From assembly GCA_036269735.1 (NCBI GenBank), contig DATBDW010000111.1:1-58398 (forward strand): DNA of 58,398 bases. Reading direction: 5' to 3'. Below the pieces are notes generated by a model, which did not search any database, was not told the origin of the DNA, and saw only the letters and a program-made list of their open reading frames with translations. Source of the DNA: Actinomycetes bacterium. Its GTDB lineage: Bacteria > Actinomycetota > Actinomycetes > JACCUZ01. The position numbers were made by a program, and so were the translations under genes. The stretch's first letter is position 1. Each line of letters opens with the position of its first letter. This document shows, piece by piece, positions 1 to 10,568 of this stretch.

Positions 1-1
1 C

Positions 2-1075
2 TACTTCTTCCGGCTCTCGGCGTACGCCGACCAGCTGCTCGCGCTCTACGAGGAGCACCCGGAGTTCGTCCAGCCGCCCAGCGCGCGCAACGAGGTCGTC
101 TCGTTCGTCAAGCAGGGCCTGCAGGACCTCTCGATCTCGCGTTCGACCTTCAACTGGGGCATCCCGATCCCGTGGGACGACAAGCACGTTCTCTACGTGT
201 GGATCGACGCCTTGCTCAACTACCTCACGGCGGCGGGGTACGGCGACGAGTCGGCCGCCGAGAAGTTCGCGCACACCTGGCCGCCGGACATCCACCTCGT
301 CGGCAAGGACATCCTGCGGTTCCACGCCGTGATCTGGCCCGCGATGCTGCTGGCCGCCGGCGTACCGCTGCCGAAGACAGTCTTCGCCCACGGCTGGCTT
401 CTGGTGGGCGGGGAGAAGATGAGCAAGTCCAAGCTGACCGCGATCGCCTCGAGCGAGATCGTCGACGTCTTCGGCTCGGACGCCTTCCGCTACTACTTCC
501 TGCGGGCGATCCCGTTCGGGCAGGACGGCTCGTTCTCCTGGGAGGACCTCAGCGCGCGCTACAAGGCCGAGCTCGCGGACCAGCTGGGCAACCTCGCGTC
601 GCGGTTGACCTCGATGGTGGGTCGCTACCGCGACGGCGTGCTGCCCGCTCCGGCCGACGAGCCGCTGCTGGCCGGTGCGGCACTGACGGCGGTGGCCGAC
701 GCCGACGCGGCGATCGACCGCCTGGAGCTGCAGGCAGCGATCGTGGCCGCGATGGACTACGTCCGGGTCATCAACAACTACGTGACCGAGTCGGCGCCGT
801 GGCAGGTCGCGAAGGACGACGCGCGAGCAGCGGACCTCGACCGGATCCTCTACGCGACCGCCGAGGCGCTGCGGGTCGTCGCCGTGCTGCTCAACCCGGT
901 GATGCCCAAGGCGTGCGCAGTCCTGTGGCAGGCGCTCGGCGCGGAAGCCACCCTCGGCCCGATCGCGGACGCCCGGGTGCAGGACGCCGGCCGCTGGGGC
1001 CAGCTGCCCGCCAGGGCGCCGGTCCTGAAGTCGGCCCCGCTGTTCCCGCGCATCGAGGACCCCGAGCCGGCGTGA
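2..1075 (+). CDS. metG: methionyl-tRNA synthetase, C-terminal part (5' end lies outside the window)
   Basis: The reading frame is open from the window edge. The translation reads YFFRLSAYADQLL...VWIDALLNYLT...HLVGKDILRFHAVIWPAML...GGEKMSKSKL, which contains the class I KMSKS loop. The stop is TGA at 1073-1075. Confidence 0.95.
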   Translation, partial: YFFRLSAYADQLLALYEEHPEFVQPPSARNEVVSFVKQGLQDLSISRSTFNWGIPIPWDDKHVLYVWIDALLNYLTAAGYGDESAAEKFAHTWPPDIHLVGKDILRFHAVIWPAMLLAAGVPLPKTVFAHGWLLVGGEKMSKSKLTAIASSEIVDVFGSDAFRYYFLRAIPFGQDGSFSWEDLSARYKAELADQLGNLASRLTSMVGRYRDGVLPAPADEPLLAGAALTAVADADAAIDRLELQAAIVAAMDYVRVINNYVTESAPWQVAKDDARAADLDRILYATAEALRVVAVLLNPVMPKACAVLWQALGAEATLGPIADARVQDAGRWGQLPARAPVLKSAPLFPRIEDPEPA

Positions 1076-1902
1076 GCGAGCGGCCGCCGGCACCCGCGCC
1101 ACTGCAGGTGCCGGTGGCCGACTCGCACTGCCACCTGGATATCGCCACCTCCGCGGACGACCGGCTCGAGGTCGGCGACGCCCTGGCCCGGTCCGCCGCG
1201 GTCGGCGTACCGCGGATCGTGCAGATCGGCTGCGACCTGCCCGGCGCGCGATGGGCGGTCGAGACCGCACGGCGGTACGCCGACATCGTCGCCGGCGTCG
1301 CGCTGCACCCCAACGAGGCGCCGCGCCTTGCCGAGAAAGGCACTCTCGACGCGGCACTCGCCGAGATCGACGCCCTCGCCGCCGACGACGTGGTGCGGGC
1401 TGTGGGCGAGACGGGCATGGACTTCTTCCGCACTCCCGCCGAGGGGCGCGCAGTACAGGAGGCTTCCTTCCGCGCGCACATCGAGATGGCCAACAGGCAC
1501 GGCAAGGCGCTCGTCATCCACGACCGCGACAGCCACGACGACGTGCTGCGGATCCTCGAGGACGCCGGCCCCCCCGACCGGGTCGTCTTCCACTGCTTCT
1601 CCGGCGACACCGCGATGGCCGAGCACTGCGTACAGCGCGGCTGGTGGCTGTCCTTCGCTGGCACGGTCACGTTCAAGAACGCGCAGGGTCTGCGCGACGC
1701 CCTCGCCGTGACGCCGCTGGACCGGGTGCTGGTCGAGACGGACGCACCGTTCCTCACCCCGACGCCGTACCGCGGCCGGCCCAACGCCTCGTACCTCGTT
1801 CCGCACACCGTGCGCGCGATGGCCGAGGTGCTCGGCGTCGGCGAGGACACGCTCGGCACCGCGATCGCCGCCAACACCGAGGCCGCCTTCGGCCCCTGGT
1901 GA
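1072..1902 (+). CDS. tatD: TatD-family metal-dependent hydrolase/DNase
   Basis: A GTG start overlaps the metG stop (GTGA). TatD motifs are present: VADSHCHLD, GETGMDF, VIHDRD, HCFSG and VLVETDAPFLTP. The position after metG matches conserved synteny. Confidence 0.9.
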   Translation: MSERPPAPAPLQVPVADSHCHLDIATSADDRLEVGDALARSAAVGVPRIVQIGCDLPGARWAVETARRYADIVAGVALHPNEAPRLAEKGTLDAALAEIDALAADDVVRAVGETGMDFFRTPAEGRAVQEASFRAHIEMANRHGKALVIHDRDSHDDVLRILEDAGPPDRVVFHCFSGDTAMAEHCVQRGWWLSFAGTVTFKNAQGLRDALAVTPLDRVLVETDAPFLTPTPYRGRPNASYLVPHTVRAMAEVLGVGEDTLGTAIAANTEAAFGPW

Positions 1903-1918
1903 CCCGCCAGAAGAAGAT

Positions 1919-1986
1919 CGTTTGCGACCTGGTTCCCCGACACGCCGGTCTACCGACTGGCGTGTCGGGGACTCAGGTCGCAAACG
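1919..1986. terminator. long compound hairpin between the convergent tatD and MMPL genes (probable bidirectional terminator)
   Basis: The outer stem CGTTTGCGACCTG (1919-1931) pairs perfectly with CAGGTCGCAAACG (1974-1986). The inner stem CCCCGACACGCC (1935-1946) pairs perfectly with GGCGTGTCGGGG (1959-1970). The hairpin lies in the 118-bp gap between two convergent stops. There is no T-tract. Confidence 0.6.
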
Positions 1987-2020
1987 AGCAGCCCGAGAGG
2001 CATGGGGCGGGACGGGCGGG

Positions 2021-4246
2021 TCAGCGTCCAGCCGGTACGAGCGGCTCAGCCGCCTGCTGCTCGCTGGAGTCCGGCACCCCGTCCAGCATGGCTGTGAGCT
2101 TCTCGCCCTCGACGTCGAGGTCGGGGAGCAGCCGGTCGAGCCAACGCGGCAGCCACCACGCGTGTTCGCCGAGCAATGACATCACCGCGGGAACGATCGT
2201 CATCCGGACCAGGAACGCGTCGGCGAAGATGCCCACCGCGAGGGCGAAGCCGATCGACTTGATGACCGCCTCGTTGGCCGTCACGAAGCCACCGAAGACG
2301 CCGACCATGATGATTGCGGCCGCTGTGACGACCCGAGCACCGTGCCGGAAGCCGAGCACGACCGACTCCTGGGCACTGGCGCCGTGCACGTGCTCTTCCC
2401 GCATCCGGGTGACCAGGAAGACCTCGTAGTCCATCGCCAGGCCGAACAGGATGCCGACGAGAAGGATGGGCAGGAAGCTGATGATCGGGCCGGTCGAGCT
2501 GACGCCCAGCAGGTCCGCGCCCCAGCCCTTCTGGAAGACCGCGACGACGGCACCGAAGGCAACAGCGACACTGAGCAGGAAGCCGGCGGCCGCCTTGAGG
2601 GGCACCAGGATGCTACGGAAGACCAGCATCAGAAGGACGAAGGCGAGCCCCACGACAACTGCGAGATAGGGCAGCAGTGCGCTCGACAACTTCTGCGACA
2701 CGTCGATGCCCACGGCGGTGGTCCCGGTGACGTACGTCGAGGCGCCGGTGTCGGTGCGCCAGCCCGCCGCGTCCGAGCGGATGCCGTGCACCAGGCTCTC
2801 CGTGGCGGGGCTGGTTGGGGAGCTCTTCGGCATGACCGACCAGATCGCGGTGGTCCCGTCCGGGGTCAGGGTGACGGCGCTGACCGCGACCACGTCGGCG
2901 ACCTTGGCCAGGTTGGAGCCAATCGTCGCGGCCGCCTGCTTCGGCTGGTCAGCGCCCACGAGGTCGGCGACCACCACGAGGGGTCCGTTGAAGCCGGGGC
3001 CGAAGCCCGTGGCAAGGGCGTCGTAGGCCTGGCGTTGCGTCGTTCCGCGTGCTGCGCTGGCGTCGGAAGGAAGGGCCAGGCGGAGGTCCAGCGCCGGGAG
3101 AGCCACCATGCCGAGCGCGACGACGGTGACCACCAGTGCGACCGCGCGGTGCCGGAGCACCCCACGGGCCCATCGCTCGCCGAAGGGAGCACGCGACGGC
3201 GTGACCTGGCCGGCCTCGGTGTCGCGCGCGGTTCGCCCCCGGCGGCCGAGCACCCGCCGGCCGGCGAAGCCGAGCAGGGCGGGCAGCAGGGTCAGCGCGA
3301 TGAGCACGGCAAGGAGCACCGTCCCGGCCGCGGCCAGGCCCATCTGGGTCAGGAACGGGATGCCGACGACCGAGAGTGCGGCCAGAGCGATCACCACCGT
3401 GGCGCCGGCGAAGACGACTGCCGACCCGGCCGTCCCGACTGCTCGACCAGCGGCCTCTTCCGGCGTGCGGCCGCGCAGCAGCTCGTGCCGGTAGCGGGAC
3501 ACGATGAACAGCGCGTAGTCGATGCCGACCGCCAACCCCAACATCAGTGCGAGGGCCGATGTCGTGGAGCTCAGCGCGAGGAAACCGGTCGCGATCTGGA
3601 TGCCCAGCACGCCCAGCCCGACGCCGATCACGGCGGTCAGGAGCGGCAGGCCCGCGGCCACGAACGAGCCGAACGTGATGACGAGCACGAGGGCGGCAAC
3701 GAGGAGACCGATCCCCTCGCTGGCGCTCTGCCCCGCCTGTGGCTGCACAGCGTCGCCCCCGAATGCGACGGACAGGCCCGCGGAGCGCGCATCGTGGCCC
3801 GCGGCGAGCAGGCGATCCTGGTCGGTGGTGGTGAGGTCGGTGGCCGGCACCTGGTAGGTCACCGTCGCGTAGGCCGTGTGCTCGTCCGCCGACACCGCGC
3901 CCGTCGTGTACGGGTCGCTGACCGCGACCACCTTGGGCAGCCGCGACAGGTCGGCGACCGACGCCGCGACGGCCGCCTTCTCCCGCGTCGCGCTCAGCGT
4001 CGTGCCGGCCTTCGCGACGAAGACGACCCGAGCCGAGGCGACATCGGCGTTCGAGCCGGTCCGCTGCGAGAGCAGGTCGAGTGCGCGTTGCGACTCGGTG
4101 CCCGGGATGGAGAAGGAGTTGGAGGTCGGGCCGGCCAGCGTGGCCGCGCCGACTCCGGCGCCGGCCAGCACGAGAATCCACAGGATCAGGACCATCCGGC
4201 GACGCCGGAAAGCGAGCTGGCCGAGGCGGTAGAGGAAGGTTGCCAT
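2021..4246 (-). CDS. MMPL/RND-superfamily membrane transporter
   Basis: The 741-aa ORF begins MATFLYRLGQLAFRRRRMVLILW. It has two blocks of multiple hydrophobic helices separated by soluble loops, which is the typical MMPL layout. A TetR gene lies divergently next to it. Confidence 0.85.
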   Translation of the reverse strand: MATFLYRLGQLAFRRRRMVLILWILVLAGAGVGAATLAGPTSNSFSIPGTESQRALDLLSQRTGSNADVASARVVFVAKAGTTLSATREKAAVAASVADLSRLPKVVAVSDPYTTGAVSADEHTAYATVTYQVPATDLTTTDQDRLLAAGHDARSAGLSVAFGGDAVQPQAGQSASEGIGLLVAALVLVITFGSFVAAGLPLLTAVIGVGLGVLGIQIATGFLALSSTTSALALMLGLAVGIDYALFIVSRYRHELLRGRTPEEAAGRAVGTAGSAVVFAGATVVIALAALSVVGIPFLTQMGLAAAGTVLLAVLIALTLLPALLGFAGRRVLGRRGRTARDTEAGQVTPSRAPFGERWARGVLRHRAVALVVTVVALGMVALPALDLRLALPSDASAARGTTQRQAYDALATGFGPGFNGPLVVVADLVGADQPKQAAATIGSNLAKVADVVAVSAVTLTPDGTTAIWSVMPKSSPTSPATESLVHGIRSDAAGWRTDTGASTYVTGTTAVGIDVSQKLSSALLPYLAVVVGLAFVLLMLVFRSILVPLKAAAGFLLSVAVAFGAVVAVFQKGWGADLLGVSSTGPIISFLPILLVGILFGLAMDYEVFLVTRMREEHVHGASAQESVVLGFRHGARVVTAAAIIMVGVFGGFVTANEAVIKSIGFALAVGIFADAFLVRMTIVPAVMSLLGEHAWWLPRWLDRLLPDLDVEGEKLTAMLDGVPDSSEQQAAEPLVPAGR

Positions 4247-4255
4247 GCAACGAAG

Positions 4256-4296
4256 TTAGCCGATCGACTAAGAATGGGCAAGCCGATCGGCTAACT
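4256..4296. promoter_or_regulatory. two copies of a GATC-centred palindromic operator in the MMPL/TetR divergent intergenic region
   Basis: TTAGCCGATCGACTAA lies at 4256-4271 and AGCCGATCGGCTAA at 4281-4294 (core AGCCGATCGGCT is a perfect palindrome). Both share AGCCGATCGRCTAA and start 23 bp apart. They sit between divergent starts at 4246 and 4345. Confidence 0.55.
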
Positions 4297-4344
4297 TGCC
4301 TAGGATCGGGCCCGGCGAACACGCGAAAGGGTGGGTCGAGGGAG

Positions 4345-4914
4345 ATGGCACGACCGATCGGACCGCGTGGCCAGGGGCGCGCTCGGGTGCTGGACGCTGC
4401 GTTAGAGCTGTTCGCAGAGCACGGGGTCAGCGGCACCTCGCTGCAGATGATCGCCGACCACATGGGGGTGACGAAGGCTGCCGTCTACTACCAGTTCCAG
4501 GCCAAGGAGCAGATCGTCCTGGCGGTGCTCGAGCCGGCTCTGACTCAGATGGCCACGGTGGTCGCCGCCGGCGAGGCGGCGCCGACCCACGGGGAGGCGG
4601 CCGAGGTGACGGTTCAGGGCCTGGTCGACCTGATGATCGACCATCGGCAGGTGGTCGCGGCGCTGTCCCACGATCCCGAGTTCGGTCGGGTGATGGAGTC
4701 GAACGACGAGTTCCGGACCCTCGCCGAGCGGCTCGGCCAGCTCCTCACCGGGCCGGACCCAGATCCTCGACGCCGGGTCGCCACGTCGGTCCTCGGCGCC
4801 GGTCTGGCGCGGGCCGGGACGGACCCCACGCTCGCTGACGTCGACGACGACGCGCTGCGGGTCGAGATGCTCCGGTTGTGCCGCCTCCTCCTCGACGCGG
4901 GCGTCAGCCGCTGA
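4345..4914 (+). CDS. TetR-family transcriptional regulator
   Basis: ATG at 4345 is preceded by GGTCGAGGGAG. The N-terminal HTH reads RVLDAALELFAEHGVSGTSLQMIADHMGVTKAAVYYQF. The gene is divergent from the MMPL transporter. Confidence 0.9.
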   Translation: MARPIGPRGQGRARVLDAALELFAEHGVSGTSLQMIADHMGVTKAAVYYQFQAKEQIVLAVLEPALTQMATVVAAGEAAPTHGEAAEVTVQGLVDLMIDHRQVVAALSHDPEFGRVMESNDEFRTLAERLGQLLTGPDPDPRRRVATSVLGAGLARAGTDPTLADVDDDALRVEMLRLCRLLLDAGVSR

Positions 4915-4950
4915 TCAAGGCCCGAGAGCTGCCCCACTTGAACGAGCATT

Positions 4951-6183
4951 TTGCGGCCCGCCGTGGGGCCGGTGGGACTCGTGTTGCCCCTGCCGGAGGC
5001 CGCCCGCTACCGTCGTCGGCTTATGGGCCAGCAGCAGGGAGCCGGGCGGCACGCCGTCGGGCGCCACTCCGCGGGGTGGCGCTCCCGCCTGCGGTCGGCC
5101 CCCGTGGTGGTGCTCCAGGTCGCGGTCGTCGTCGCGCTGCTCGCCGGCACCACGGCCTTCGTCCAGCTGGACAAGACGGTGACGGTGTCCGTCGACGGGC
5201 ACGCCCGTCACGTGCACGGCTTCGCCCGCACGGTCGGCGACCTGCTCGACGGTGAGGGCATCGGGTACGACGTGCAGCACGACCTCGTCTCACCGTCGCC
5301 GGCCAGCACCCTGCACGACGGCGAGACCGTGCTGGTCCGCTATGGCCGGCCGGTGGTGCTGACCGTCGACGGCGAGACGCGCACGGTGTGGACGACGGGG
5401 CGCACCGTTGCCGAGGCCCTCATGCTGCTCGGCGTCCGCTCCGGTGGCGCGTACGTCTCGGCGTCGCGCAGCAGGCCGATCGGTCGCGGGGGCATGTCCC
5501 TGGACGTCCGGATGCCGCACCACCTGACGTTTCTCGCCGACGGCAAGCGCCACGAGATCACCACGACCGCGACCACGTTGCGCAGCGCGATGCAGGATGC
5601 CGGTGTGACCGTGCGCCGCCAGGACCGCACCTCGACCGACGTCGCGGGTCAGCCGTTCTCCGAGGAGGTCGTGTCGGTCACTCGTGTCGACGGGAAGCGC
5701 ACCGTCGAGCAGCGCCCGATCCGGTTCGACACCGTGAAGAAGAAGTCGAAGACCATGTACGTAGGCCAGACCAAGGTCGTCACCCCGGGCAAGGTCGGCA
5801 TCGAGGTACGCACGTTCCACGAGACCTACCTCGACGGCAAGCTCGACTCGCGCAAGCTGGTCGAGAAAGAGGTCACCGAAGAGCCAGTGACCCAGGTGCT
5901 GATCGTCGGTACCAAGAAGCTGCCCCAGCACGCGCCCTCGGCCGACGGGCTGAACTGGGCGGCGCTGGCCAACTGCGAGTCCGGCGGCAACCCCCAGGCG
6001 TACAACCCGGCCGGGCCGTTCTACGGGTTGTACCAGTTCATGTCGAGCACCTGGCAGGCCGTCGGCGGCGTCGGGCTCCCGACCGATGCCAGCTCGTCGG
6101 AGCAGACCTACCGCGCACAGATCCTCTACAACCGCAGCGGTGCCGGCCAGTGGCCGGTCTGCGGCCACTACCTGTTCAGCTGA
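4951..6183 (+). CDS. rpfB: resuscitation-promoting factor RpfB-like protein (DUF348 repeats, G5 domain, Rpf transglycosylase domain)
   Basis: The C-terminus [39 protein letters not shown] is the Rpf lysozyme-like domain. A G5-like segment ([21 protein letters not shown]) and a single TM helix lie upstream. The position before rsmA-ispE matches the mycobacterial arrangement. The start is uncertain; ATG at 5023 is an alternative. Confidence 0.85.
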   Translation: MRPAVGPVGLVLPLPEAARYRRRLMGQQQGAGRHAVGRHSAGWRSRLRSAPVVVLQVAVVVALLAGTTAFVQLDKTVTVSVDGHARHVHGFARTVGDLLDGEGIGYDVQHDLVSPSPASTLHDGETVLVRYGRPVVLTVDGETRTVWTTGRTVAEALMLLGVRSGGAYVSASRSRPIGRGGMSLDVRMPHHLTFLADGKRHEITTTATTLRSAMQDAGVTVRRQDRTSTDVAGQPFSEEVVSVTRVDGKRTVEQRPIRFDTVKKKSKTMYVGQTKVVTPGKVGIEVRTFHETYLDGKLDSRKLVEKEVTEEPVTQVLIVGTKKLPQHAPSADGLNWAALANCESGGNPQAYNPAGPFYGLYQFMSSTWQAVGGVGLPTDASSSEQTYRAQILYNRSGAGQWPVCGHYLFS

Positions 6184-6194
6184 GGCGGCCGCCG

Positions 6195-7064
6195 ATGGCC
6201 GCCGAGGACGCCGCCCTGCTCGGGCCGGCGGAGGTCCGCGAGATCGCGGCGCGTCTCGGCGTACGCCCGACCAAGACTCTCGGCCAGAACTTCGTCATCG
6301 ACGCCAACACCGTGCGGCGCATCGTGCGCGCCGCGGAGGTCACGCCCGAGGACCACGTCCTCGAGGTCGGACCCGGCCTCGGCTCGCTCACCCTTGCGCT
6401 GCTGCCGGCGACCGCCGGTGTGACGGCCGTCGAGATCGACCCGGTGCTGGCGGCCGAGCTGCCGGCGACGGTACGACGGTTGGCTCCCGCGCTCGCCGAC
6501 CGCCTGACCGTCGTCACCGCTGATGCCCTGCGGATCGACGCGCTCCCCGGTCCCGACCCCACCGCGATGGTCGCCAACCTGCCCTACAACATCGCCGTAC
6601 CCGTGCTGCTGCACCTGCTCGACCAGGTGCCCTCACTGCGGCGGGTGCTCGTCATGGTGCAGGCCGAGGTGGCCGACCGGCTCGTCGCCGGACCCGGCAG
6701 CAAGGTCTACGGCGTGCCGTCGGTGAAGGCGGCGTGGTACGCCGACCTGCGGCGCGCCGGTGCGATCGGGCGCTCGGTGTTCTGGCCCGCACCCAACGTC
6801 GACTCCGGGCTGGTCGCGATGACTCGGCGCGAGCCACCGGCCACGACCGCGAGCCGGGCGGAGGTTTTCCGGCTCGTCGACGCGGCGTTCGGCCAGCGCC
6901 GCAAGACGCTGCGCGCCGCCCTGGCCGGCTGGGCGGGGTCGGCGCCGGCCGCCGAGGAGGCCCTGCGCGCGGCGGGGATCGACCCGCGTACCCGCGGCGA
7001 GCGGCTCGGTGTCGCCGATTTCGCCCGGCTGGCCGAGCACGGCCCTCCTAGGCTCCCCACGTGA
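6195..7064 (+). CDS. rsmA: 16S rRNA (adenine1518/1519-N6)-dimethyltransferase
   Basis: The start is ATG at 6195. Motifs present are [31 protein letters not shown] and [13 protein letters not shown]. Confidence 0.93.
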   Translation: MAAEDAALLGPAEVREIAARLGVRPTKTLGQNFVIDANTVRRIVRAAEVTPEDHVLEVGPGLGSLTLALLPATAGVTAVEIDPVLAAELPATVRRLAPALADRLTVVTADALRIDALPGPDPTAMVANLPYNIAVPVLLHLLDQVPSLRRVLVMVQAEVADRLVAGPGSKVYGVPSVKAAWYADLRRAGAIGRSVFWPAPNVDSGLVAMTRREPPATTASRAEVFRLVDAAFGQRRKTLRAALAGWAGSAPAAEEALRAAGIDPRTRGERLGVADFARLAEHGPPRLPT

Positions 7065-7978
7065 CGTCGGTGACCGTGCGAGCGCCAGCGAAGATCAACC
7101 TGGCGCTGGCGGTCGGTGCCGCGCGGGCCGACGGCTTCCACGAGCTGTCCACGGCCTACCACGCGGTCTCGTTGTACGACGAGGTCGTTGCGGCCGAGGC
7201 CGACGAGCTGTCGATCAGCGTGACCACCTCGGAGGGCGAGCCGGTCGACGGCGTACCTCAGGACCGCAGCAACCTCGCCGTCGCGGCGGCCGAGATGCTT
7301 GCCGAGCGCGTCGGGCTCGCGGCCAACGTGCGGCTGCACGTGACCAAAGCGATCCCGGTCGCGGGCGGGATGGCCGGCGGGAGCGCCGACGCGGCGGCCA
7401 CCCTCGTGGCCTGCGACGCGCTCTGGCAGACCGGGCTGGGCCGCTCCGAGCTGCTCGGCCTCGCGGCGGCGCTGGGCAGCGACGTGCCGTTCTCGCTGGT
7501 CGGCGGCACGGCGCTCGGCACCGGTCGAGGCGAGGTGCTCACGCCGGTGCTGGCCAGGGGGACGTTCTCGTGGGTGATCGCGGTGTCCGCCGAAGGGCTG
7601 TCCACGCCGAAGGTGTACGCCGAGTGCGACCGGCTTCGCGACGGCGTACCGACAGCGGAGCCTCGGGTGCCCGACGGGCTGATGGCCGCGCTGCGGTCCG
7701 GGGACGCCGCCGCGCTCGGTGCGGCGCTCACCAACGACCTCGAGGACGCGGCGGTGTCGCTTCGACCCGAACTGCGGTCGACGCTGGAGACCGGCGTCGA
7801 CGCGGGCGCGCTGGGCGGCATCGTGTCGGGCAGCGGTCCGTCGGTCGTCTTCCTCGCGCAGGGACCCGAGCACGCCATCGACATCGCGGTGGCGCTCAGC
7901 GCGACGGGCACCTACCGGGCGGTACGCCGGGTGCACGGCCCGGTGCCGGGTGCGCGGCTCGTGGGCGGCGAGGGCTGA
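7061..7978 (+). CDS. ispE: 4-diphosphocytidyl-2-C-methyl-D-erythritol kinase
   Basis: A GTG start overlaps the rsmA stop. The translation contains [11 protein letters not shown] and the GHMP kinase motif [15 protein letters not shown]. Confidence 0.93.
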   Translation: MTSVTVRAPAKINLALAVGAARADGFHELSTAYHAVSLYDEVVAAEADELSISVTTSEGEPVDGVPQDRSNLAVAAAEMLAERVGLAANVRLHVTKAIPVAGGMAGGSADAAATLVACDALWQTGLGRSELLGLAAALGSDVPFSLVGGTALGTGRGEVLTPVLARGTFSWVIAVSAEGLSTPKVYAECDRLRDGVPTAEPRVPDGLMAALRSGDAAALGAALTNDLEDAAVSLRPELRSTLETGVDAGALGGIVSGSGPSVVFLAQGPEHAIDIAVALSATGTYRAVRRVHGPVPGARLVGGEG

Positions 7979-7983
7979 GCCGG

Positions 7984-9777
7984 GTGGCCCGCAACCTGGT
8001 CAACCTCGAGGACGCCACCAAGGCCTACGGCACCCGGGTGCTGCTCGACGGTGTCTCGCTCGGCGTCGCCGAGGGTGACCGGACGGGGGTGGTGGGCCGC
8101 AACGGCGACGGGAAGTCGACCCTGCTGCGGCTGCTGACCCGCCGTGAGGCACCCGACGCCGGCCGGGTCACCCAGGCCGGCGGCCTGCGGGTGGCCGAGG
8201 TGCTCCAGCACGACGACCTCGACCCCGCCGCGTCGGTCAGGTCGCTCGTGGTCGGCGAGGGGCCGGCGCACGAGTGGGCCGCGGACCCGCGGACCCGCGA
8301 CGTGCTCGGGGGCCTCTTCGGCGACCGGGACGACCTCGACGCGATGCTCGACCGGACGGTCGGGCCGCTCTCCGGCGGCGAGCGGCGCCGGGTCGCGCTG
8401 GCCCGCGCGCTGGTCACCGACCACGACCTGCTCGTGCTCGACGAGCCGACCAACCACCTCGACGTCGAAGGCATCGACTGGCTGGCCGGCCACCTGGCCG
8501 GGCGGCGGGAGGCGCTCGTCGTCGTGACCCACGACCGCTGGTTCCTCGACGCCGTGTGCCGCACGACGTGGGAGGTCCACGGCGGTGCGGTGCGGGCGTA
8601 CGACGGTGGCTACTCGGCGTACGTCCTGGCCCGTGCCGAGCGGGAGCGGATGGAGGCCGTGACGGACGCGCGGCGGAGCAACGTGCTGCGCAAGGAGCTG
8701 GCCTGGCTGCGCCGCGGCCCGCCGGCCCGCACGTCCAAGCCGCGGTTCCGCATCGACGCAGCGAACGCGTTGATCGCCGACGAGCCCGAGCCGCGGGACC
8801 GGGTCGAGCTCGTGCGCTTCGCCAGCTCCCGGCTCGGCAGGACGGTGTACGACGTCGTGGAGGCCACCCTCGAGCTCGGCGGCCGGACGCTGCTCGACCA
8901 CCAGACCTGGCTGGTCGGGCCCGGTGACCGGGTCGGCATCGTCGGGGTCAACGGCTCGGGCAAGACCTCGCTGCTGCGGCTGCTGGTCGGCGAGCTTGCG
9001 CCCACGTCGGGCCGGGTCGTGCGCGGTGTGACCGTGCGGCCGGCGTACCTCTCCCAGGACGTCGCCGAGCTCGACCCGGCGCTGCGGGTGCTCGAGGCCG
9101 TCGAGTCGGTCCGCCGAGAGGTAAACCTCGGTCGTGGGCGCACGATCACGGCGACCCAGATGTGCGAGCGGTTCGGCTTCGTGGGCAACGCGCAGTGGAC
9201 CCCCGTGGGGGAGCTCTCCGGCGGCGAGCGGCGGCGCCTGCAGCTGCTGCGCCTGCTGATGGACGAACCCAACGTGCTGCTCCTCGACGAGCCCACCAAC
9301 GACCTGGACATCGACACGCTGACGGCGCTGGAGGACCTGCTCGACGGCTGGCCGGGGACGCTGCTGGTGGTCTCGCACGACCGGTACGCCGTCGAGCGGA
9401 TCTGCGACCGGACGGTGGCCCTGCTCGGCGACGGCCGGCTGCGCGACCTGCCCGGTGGCATCGACGAGTACCTCACCCTGCGTCGGGCCTCGCGCCTGTC
9501 AGCCGCGGAACGACCCCCCGGTCGTCCAGCGGCTGACAACTCGGCGGGGGTGTCGGGGGCGGCGGTGGCGCGAGAGGTGCGCAAGGAGCTGGCCCGGGTG
9601 GAGCGGCGCCTCGAGCGCCTGCGGGCCGTGGAGGGCCGGCTGCACGAGGAGCTCGCCGCGGCGGCGACCGACCACGAGCGCGTCCTGGACCTCGACGCCC
9701 GGCTGCGGGCGGTGACCGACGAGCGGTACGGGCTCGAGGAGCGCTGGCTGGAGCTCGCCGAGGCATCGGAGGGCTGA
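7984..9777 (+). CDS. ABC-F family ATPase (two ABC domains, no TM domain)
   Basis: The start is GTG at 7984. There are two Walker A motifs (GRNGDGKST, GVNGSGKTS), two ABC signatures (LSGGERRR twice) and two Walker B motifs (LLVLDEPTNHLD, VLLLDEPTNDLD). The C-terminus looks like a coiled coil. Confidence 0.9.
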   Translation: MARNLVNLEDATKAYGTRVLLDGVSLGVAEGDRTGVVGRNGDGKSTLLRLLTRREAPDAGRVTQAGGLRVAEVLQHDDLDPAASVRSLVVGEGPAHEWAADPRTRDVLGGLFGDRDDLDAMLDRTVGPLSGGERRRVALARALVTDHDLLVLDEPTNHLDVEGIDWLAGHLAGRREALVVVTHDRWFLDAVCRTTWEVHGGAVRAYDGGYSAYVLARAERERMEAVTDARRSNVLRKELAWLRRGPPARTSKPRFRIDAANALIADEPEPRDRVELVRFASSRLGRTVYDVVEATLELGGRTLLDHQTWLVGPGDRVGIVGVNGSGKTSLLRLLVGELAPTSGRVVRGVTVRPAYLSQDVAELDPALRVLEAVESVRREVNLGRGRTITATQMCERFGFVGNAQWTPVGELSGGERRRLQLLRLLMDEPNVLLLDEPTNDLDIDTLTALEDLLDGWPGTLLVVSHDRYAVERICDRTVALLGDGRLRDLPGGIDEYLTLRRASRLSAAERPPGRPAADNSAGVSGAAVAREVRKELARVERRLERLRAVEGRLHEELAAAATDHERVLDLDARLRAVTDERYGLEERWLELAEASEG

Positions 9778-9868
9778 CACCTGGGCGTTCGGCGCCCGGC
9801 GTCCGCCGTTCGGTCGGAGATCAGTCGTCCCGGGCGCGCCGTGCCACGGGGCGGTTACGCTCCGCCGC

Positions 9869-10561
9869 ATGCCGGTCGCGCTGGAGTGGGGACCCGTCGG
9901 CGCCCGGACCCTGGCCGAGCGCAGCGACGTCGTCGTCGTGGTGGACGTGCTGTCCTTCTCGACGGCGGTCACGGTTGCGGTAGAGCGCGGTGCGAAGGTC
10001 TGGCCGCACACCGGCGGTGAGTCGGCCCGCCAGCTGGCCCGCGACATCGACGCGGTGCTCGCCGGCACCCGCTCCTCGCACGAGGGGCTGACGCTGTCGC
10101 CAGCGAGCCTGCTCGGCGTCGACCGTGACACCCGGCTGATCCTGCCGTCGCCCAACGGCTCGTCGATCGCGTTCGCCGCGGTGAACGCCGAGGTGCCGGT
10201 CGTCGTGGGCTGCTTGCGCAACGCGAAGGCGGTCGCGCTGGCCCTGCAGGAGGTCGACCGGGTCGCGATCGTCCCCGCAGGGGAGAGCTGGTCGGACGGG
10301 TCGCTGCGCCCGGCGTACGAGGACCTGGTCGGCGCGGGGGCGGTCATCGACCGGTTGATGGCTGCCAACCCGGAGCTGGAGCTCACGCCGGAGTCGGAGG
10401 TGGCCGCGATGGCGTTCCGCTCGCTGCGGCCGCTGGAAAGCTGCGTGTCGGGGCTCGAGCTCGTCGAGCGGGGCTTCGCCGAGGACGTGGCGATCGCGGC
10501 CGAGGTCGACTCGAGCAACGTGGTCCCTCGTCTGGTCGAGGGCCGCTTCGTCGCCGTGTAG
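9869..10561 (+). CDS. 2-phosphosulfolactate phosphatase (ComB)-family protein
   Basis: The 230-aa ORF contains VVVVDVLSFSTAVTVAVERGA and other segments that resemble the ComB family. The assignment comes from motif recall only. Confidence 0.55.
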   Translation: MPVALEWGPVGARTLAERSDVVVVVDVLSFSTAVTVAVERGAKVWPHTGGESARQLARDIDAVLAGTRSSHEGLTLSPASLLGVDRDTRLILPSPNGSSIAFAAVNAEVPVVVGCLRNAKAVALALQEVDRVAIVPAGESWSDGSLRPAYEDLVGAGAVIDRLMAANPELELTPESEVAAMAFRSLRPLESCVSGLELVERGFAEDVAIAAEVDSSNVVPRLVEGRFVAV

Positions 10562-10568
10562 CCGGCGG

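Noticed and set aside
4915-5022. A possible riboswitch (ydaO/c-di-AMP type or similar) in the leader of the rpfB-like gene, by analogy with rpf genes in other actinomycetes.
   Set aside because: I could not recognise the conserved ydaO core elements or a convincing pseudo-symmetric fold by eye. The true start codon of the gene is also uncertain. A covariance-model search would be needed, so no claim is made.
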